DNA from: Anaerohalosphaeraceae bacterium
GTDB lineage: Bacteria > Planctomycetota > Phycisphaerae > Sedimentisphaerales > Anaerohalosphaeraceae
DNA length: 64,000 bases
Reading direction: 5' to 3'
Assembly: GCA_050309605.1 (NCBI GenBank)
Contig: JBNRMN010000063.1
Span: 46,758 to 110,757, forward strand
Part shown: positions 58,978 through 64,000 of the stretch, piece by piece
Numbering within the stretch: the stretch's first letter is position 1
How the letters are laid out: every line of letters begins with the position of its first letter
The notes under the pieces: generated by a model
What the model saw: the letters and a program-made list of their open reading frames with translations, nothing else
Databases searched by the model: none
Told to the model about the DNA's origin: nothing
Made by a program: the position numbers and the translations under genes

Positions 58978-59736
58978 TTATGGTTTCCAAGTAATAGCCA
59001 TAGACTTTTCTTTTGTAGAGTCAAATATTAATGGCCTCGTATGCAAATGCTTAAGATCAATAATTTTGCTATCTTTCAAACGATATTGCATGATACGTCC
59101 ATCAACAAGACATATATATGCATATCCTTGGTTTTGGCTTCTCATAAGTTCATAGCCACCACTAAGATTCCAATCTCCACTTGCTGTAAAAAGGAGCACT
59201 GCATTTGTTGGAATTCCATACAAATTAAATTCACTTAGGTTGCTATTAAATGCAATTTGGCAGATATAGGCACCAGAAGGACCCAAACGCACAGCATCAT
59301 AAAGTTGATCTCCGTCTTTAGAAAGCAACTCGCACCAAGCTGTTGCAGAAGGTAATTGGCCATTGTGTTCAGTTGCATAATCCATAATATCCCAATACAG
59401 GCGGCCGAGCTGAGCCACTTTTGTAAATCTCGTCGAATACTGCGTGCTGAATTGTTTTATCAATGGAGAACTGATAATCGTCAAAAGCACAAGAAAGATA
59501 ACACTTAGCAGAACTGTCTTGCCAACATAAGCGATACTCTCGTCACGGCGAAAGAAAATGTGATTAAGATAGAAATAGGCAGCAGGAAAAATTACTGACA
59601 AAAAACCAAGCATGCCATATATCAACATATTGATGGCAACTGAACGCACTGCATAACTATCAATCGGCATTATCGATATCGAAACTACTGACAAAGCCAA
59701 CGAAAGATATACGATAACTCTCATTATCCTTTTCAT
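58978..59736 (-). CDS. hypothetical membrane protein, paralog 2 (AT-rich)
   Basis: Three TM segments then YATEHNGQLPSATAWCELL...AFNSNL...VLLFTA...YAYICLVDGRI...WKP. Confidence 0.75.
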   Translation of the reverse strand: MKRIMRVIVYLSLALSVVSISIMPIDSYAVRSVAINMLIYGMLGFLSVIFPAAYFYLNHIFFRRDESIAYVGKTVLLSVIFLVLLTIISSPLIKQFSTQYSTRFTKVAQLGRLYWDIMDYATEHNGQLPSATAWCELLSKDGDQLYDAVRLGPSGAYICQIAFNSNLSEFNLYGIPTNAVLLFTASGDWNLSGGYELMRSQNQGYAYICLVDGRIMQYRLKDSKIIDLKHLHTRPLIFDSTKEKSMAITWKP

Positions 59737-59985
59737 TTCACAACAAATCCTGTCTCAAAAAACCTACGGAATCTGACGATCTATTTGCTTTGCTACTCAT
59801 CATTGTCTTCTGTTTTAGCCATTTCTAATTTTTATTTGGCCCCGTCGGGGCTTGGGGCGTTATTCGTGTCTTGCCACCCAGCCCGTTGGGCTGGGCTAAG
59901 CTATATTGGCCTTTCAGGCCGTATCTTAAGTTTCGTTTTCATTTTTTTCTATTTTCGTTTTCCAACTTTGTTTAGAATTTAGTGC

Positions 59986-62304
59986 TTAGTGCTTTTCCAG
60001 CATTGCCGCTGCGATGGCGGCCTGGCCCAGGGCGATTCCGCCGTCGTTGGCGGGGGTGCGACGCTTCCATAATACACAAAACCCATCGTTTTTCAACTGT
60101 CTTATCAGGCGTTGGGCCAGGGTGCGGTTGCAGAAGACCCCGCCGCTCAGGGCGACCTCATGGATGCCCGTCCGGGCGCGGGCTTTTTGGGCCAATTGCC
60201 ATAAGGCATCGCAGACGGCGTTGTGAAAGCGCGTCGCGATGATGCCGGTTTCCGTGCCGCGGCGTAAATCCTCAATCATCCCGTCAAGAATCGGCTCATA
60301 CTGCCACTGCCAAACCTCACTGTTCCGCTGCGCAAAGGCAACCGGATAGGCGTCCTCAACGCCGGGGCGAGTCATCGCCTCCAGCCCCATCGGCAGCTCG
60401 GCCTCAAAGCGATTATGCGTCCCAACTCCGCACAAGGCCGCGGCCGCGTCAAACAGCCGCCCCAGGCTCGACGTCGGTGCAACATTAAGCCCTTTTTCAA
60501 TCTGCATACACACCAACTTCAATTTGTCCGCATCCGGCTCGATGCGGTTAAGTATGTCCAGATATGGCTCAATCGCCGAAAATCTTCCCTGCGGCGAAAG
60601 CAGCCCGATCAGCGGACGAATCGCCTCTTTAGCCGCGGTGTCGCCGCCGGCCAGCGGGAAATACGCCAGATGCCCGAACCGTGAAAACTCGGTCAGCGAC
60701 GCGATCAAACACTCACACCCCCAAATCGCTCCGTCCGTGCCGTAGCCGGTGCCATCGGCGACCAACCCGATGACCGGCCCGTCGTGCTGGTGCTCGGCCA
60801 GCGCCGCCGCGACATGCGCCCAGTGGTGCTGCACACGAATCAGCGGCTCGACCTTGAGACGCTCGGCAAACTGCGACGACAAATACCCCGGATGCAGATC
60901 GCAGACCACCGCCTGCGGGGCTGTCTCAAAGAGCTGCTGAAAATGCGCGACGGATTTGACATAGTGCCGAAAGCTGCGCCCCTCGGCCAGATCGCCGATA
61001 TGTTCGCTGAGCAGGTACTGGTCGCCCTTGACAAAGCAAAACGTGTTTTTCAAATCCGCCCCGGCTGCGAAGATGATACGTTTACTCGGCGCGGCTCGAT
61101 ACAGCGGTTCGGGCACATAGCCCCGCGCCCGCCGCAGCATCGCCGGGCCGCCGTCCACACTGTGTGCGACGGAATCATCCACCTGCCGCTCAATTGCCCG
61201 GTTGTGCATCAGGAAGGCGTCGGCGATCTGGCCCAGTTCCTCGACGGCCTGCGCATTGTCGCAAATCAGCGGTTCTTCGGAAAAGTTGGCGCTGGTCATG
61301 ACCAGCACCGATATGCCCAGCTCAGCGAATAACAAATGATGCAGCGGCGCATAGCAGAGCATAAACCCGAACCGATGTGTTCCCTGGGCTGCCGACGGGG
61401 CGATGGCGGCGTTCGGTTGTTTATCCAGCAGGACAATCGGCCGCTGCGGACTGGTCAAAAGCGCTTCGGCGGCGTCATCGACTTGGGCGTAGCGGCGGAT
61501 GGTTTCCGTATCCGCCGCCATCATCGCAAACGGCTTGGCCTGCCGGCGCTTGCGCCGCCGCAGCCGCTGCACCGCGGCATCATTGAGCGCATCGACGGCC
61601 AGATGAAACCCGCCGATCCCTTTGACCGCGACGATTTGGCCATTTCGCAGCAGCGCCGCGGCGCGGGCAATCGCCTTGTCCGAATCAGCTTCCAGCGTTT
61701 GTCCGGTCGATTCCGCCAGCCACACCCGCGGCCCGCAGGTCGCACACGCCACCGGCTGAGCGTGAAATCGCCGGTCGCCGATGTCCTCATATTGTCCGCG
61801 GCACCGGTCGCACAACGCAAACTCGGCCATCGTCGTATTGGGTCGGTCATAGGGTATGGTTTTGATGATGCTGTAACGCGGCCCGCAGTGGGTGCAGGTA
61901 ATAAACGGATAACGATACCGAAAATCACCCGGATCATTCAATTCCGTCAGGCAGGCCGAACACACGGCCGTATCGGGCGCAACACCGGTACTCGGCGAGC
62001 CGGACACAGCACTTTGGACAATGCGAAATCCGCTTTCGCCCTCAATCGGGTCGATCTTGGCAACCTGACAGCGGTCGATGTACATCATGGCCGGGAAATC
62101 CTGCCGGCTTGCATCAGTCAGCCTCACGGCAAAAGCCTCGAGTGCCTCCGGCGGGCCTTGTACCTCAATCCATACGCCGGACGTATCGTTACGCACAAAG
62201 CCGCTGAGATTCAGCCCGACCGCCTGCCGGTAAATCCACGGTCGAGCACCCACCCCCTGGACCCGACCGCTAAGATGAAAACGCTTTCGTGACAATCCGT
62301 TCAT
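59986..62304 (-). CDS. hypF: carbamoyltransferase
   Basis: GRVQGVG acylphosphatase-like domain, two CxxC zinc fingers, KGIGGFHL, QHHWAH, DGTGYG, NDGGIALGQ. Confidence 0.97.
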   Translation of the reverse strand: MNGLSRKRFHLSGRVQGVGARPWIYRQAVGLNLSGFVRNDTSGVWIEVQGPPEALEAFAVRLTDASRQDFPAMMYIDRCQVAKIDPIEGESGFRIVQSAVSGSPSTGVAPDTAVCSACLTELNDPGDFRYRYPFITCTHCGPRYSIIKTIPYDRPNTTMAEFALCDRCRGQYEDIGDRRFHAQPVACATCGPRVWLAESTGQTLEADSDKAIARAAALLRNGQIVAVKGIGGFHLAVDALNDAAVQRLRRRKRRQAKPFAMMAADTETIRRYAQVDDAAEALLTSPQRPIVLLDKQPNAAIAPSAAQGTHRFGFMLCYAPLHHLLFAELGISVLVMTSANFSEEPLICDNAQAVEELGQIADAFLMHNRAIERQVDDSVAHSVDGGPAMLRRARGYVPEPLYRAAPSKRIIFAAGADLKNTFCFVKGDQYLLSEHIGDLAEGRSFRHYVKSVAHFQQLFETAPQAVVCDLHPGYLSSQFAERLKVEPLIRVQHHWAHVAAALAEHQHDGPVIGLVADGTGYGTDGAIWGCECLIASLTEFSRFGHLAYFPLAGGDTAAKEAIRPLIGLLSPQGRFSAIEPYLDILNRIEPDADKLKLVCMQIEKGLNVAPTSSLGRLFDAAAALCGVGTHNRFEAELPMGLEAMTRPGVEDAYPVAFAQRNSEVWQWQYEPILDGMIEDLRRGTETGIIATRFHNAVCDALWQLAQKARARTGIHEVALSGGVFCNRTLAQRLIRQLKNDGFCVLWKRRTPANDGGIALGQAAIAAAMLEKH

Positions 62305-62427
62305 GGTCAACAGAGAAAAAAATAACCGTGTCGAAACAACATAGTCTTATAATATCTACGATAAAAACACCAAAAACAAAAATTACAATTAAAATTAAAT
62401 TTTTCTTAATAAAAACTTTTTATTTCC

Positions 62428-62456
62428 TTGAAATTTCAGCCGAATGCGGTTATACT
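62428..62456 (+). promoter_or_regulatory. sigma70-like promoter with no clear downstream CDS
   Basis: TTGAAA-17 bp-TATACT preceded by a very AT-rich tract. Confidence 0.5.
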
Positions 62457-62852
62457 AAACCTCAGAATCGAACAGTAAAACAACTGCCGGGGGCAGACAA
62501 TGATAGCCGCAAAAAACAAAATCAAATTTTATCGCGTTAAAGAAGCCGGCCGCGGACCGCCGGAAGAACAATGAGAATCGTTTCTACTCGAATCGACACA
62601 GTCGCACTTATCGTTAACGGAAGAAACCTATGAACGGTACCCCAAAACAGCATTCTGAGCAAGCACTTGCCCACAAACAGATACCACCGTGCGGCCCGAA
62701 CCTGATGCGGGGGCCGCCGAGTGTGTAAACAGAAAGCGAGTTGTCTTTTGTTTCTCGCGCGACCCTCGCGCCTTTTTTGCGCGCAAACAGCAAGACCGAG
62801 GGTAGGACAGGTTGAGATCGGTCCTACGGTAAGACTGACCGTCAGCCGAGGC

Positions 62853-63446
62853 TCACTCGGGTTTTCGGCATCGATAAATAAATGCCGGCGGCAGATTTTT
62901 CCAGATAATCGGTGATGTTTCCACGCCGGCAAACAACTGCTCCAGCTTGTCCCGAAAACGTTTGGCCTTGCTCAACGGCCGGGCGTGTAGATAGGAAAAC
63001 GTGACAAACGTGCCGCCGGGGCGCAGGGCTTGTCGAACCGCGTAAAGGATGCGATCCTGAAGGGCCGACTCAAATGTGGCAAAAGGCAGGCCGGAGATAA
63101 TGCTGTCGGCGTGCGAAAGTCGGTAGGATTTCATAATGCGGTCCAGATGCTCGGCCGAGCCGGCAACGGTGCGTACGGCGGGCATTTTTTTTCGCAGCAG
63201 CAGAGCCAGATGAGGATTGGCCTCAATTGTGATTAAATGGGCATCGGCCGGCAAATGACGACAGATTGCTGCGGTAAAAACCCCTGTTCCCGGCCCCAGT
63301 TCAAGGATGGTGCGGGAGGTTTCTATGCACCCAAGGCGCACCATCTGTTCGGCCAGCACCGAACCGCTGGGAGCAATCGCCCCAATGGTTTTGGGCGAGG
63401 CGATGAATTTTCCCAAAAATAAAAATTTATTCTGGTCCCCATTCAT
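62853..63446 (-). CDS. class I SAM methyltransferase (phospholipid N-methyltransferase PmtA-like)
   Basis: IGAIAPSG, LELGPGTG, ISGLPF, FSY, NLPPAF. Confidence 0.85.
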   Translation of the reverse strand: MNGDQNKFLFLGKFIASPKTIGAIAPSGSVLAEQMVRLGCIETSRTILELGPGTGVFTAAICRHLPADAHLITIEANPHLALLLRKKMPAVRTVAGSAEHLDRIMKSYRLSHADSIISGLPFATFESALQDRILYAVRQALRPGGTFVTFSYLHARPLSKAKRFRDKLEQLFAGVETSPIIWKNLPPAFIYRCRKPE

Positions 63447-63762
63447 CTTTTATCGTGCCGCATCATATTTTGAACGCCTTGCATCACATCATTTCTTTCC
63501 GAATAACCGCTATTATGATACCTGCTTGCACGAATTCCAGTCAAAAATACCGGCATCGAACATAACTGGAATCTCACGGATACGGATTGATTGTCCGTGA
63601 CTAAAAAAACAAAGAGCCATCGCCGAATTATCGCAGGGTATAGCGTGTCTGTCGTCTTGAAAAAAAACTTCAAATAGTGAGCATATTTGATATATTGATC
63701 CACCATAGAAAACGCCGCAGGCGACGGCTAAGGCCGTAATAGGGGTTTTTGGTAAAATAGAG

Positions 63763-63836
63763 GCGCTCGTAGCTCAGCAGGATAGAGCATCGGTTTCCTA
63801 AACCGAAGGTCGTGAGTTCGAATCTCGCCGGGCGCG
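63763..63836 (+). tRNA. tRNA-Arg (CCT); CCA not encoded
   Basis: Acceptor GCGCTCG/CGGGCGC, D arm AGCTCAGCAGGATAGAGC, anticodon stem TCGGT/ACCGA with CCT, T loop GTTCGAAT. Confidence 0.95.
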
Positions 63837-64000
63837 TTCCCCTTTTAACTCCAAAAACGTGGATATTGTGTCAAAAATGCGGTTTTATGCGTAAAAGCGA
63901 CCTTTGCTGTCTTCTCCAAATTACTCCAGAAAAGGACATATTTTTCATATCAAAAGGACAAACGCGCGGACAAACTTTTTTATTTGTCCTTTACGAAAGC

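Noticed and set aside
63763..64000. tRNA-Arg as an island integration site
   Set aside because: The flank is AT-rich, but no integrase or duplicated tRNA 3' end is visible within the window.

Overview
Bacterial chromosomal window of fairly high GC. Gene content and the PAPG-type sorting tails suggest Planctomycetota, probably class Phycisphaerae (inference). It is mostly housekeeping: fucP/fucU, ribE, pdxA-rsmA-gmhA, coaB, a U32 peptidase, a pilMNO-pilB-pilT-pilC cluster with two pilins, dgt, ilvD, a DinG helicase, ispA/dxs/nadK, murE-murF-mraY, prmC, hypF-C-D-E-A and tRNA-Arg(CCT). The most unusual region is 48.5-54.7 kb, a tandem array of six PEP-CTERM-like surface-protein genes. Their passenger domains are unrelated, but their anchor-coding DNA is near-identical in adjacent pairs and mosaic. 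The array has three sigma70-like promoters with 18-bp spacers, each followed by a candidate ~75-85-nt four-way-junction RNA whose pairing is kept although its sequence differs. Other observations: a three-copy ~165-bp MITE whose terminal repeat supplies the same NSN-stop ending to two unrelated genes, an AT-rich two-gene cassette bounded by a 21-bp inverted repeat inside the hyp operon, an AT-rich DUF805/pseudo-receiver fusion, and several REP-like and heptamer repeats. All calls are by eye from sequence motifs; no searches were run.
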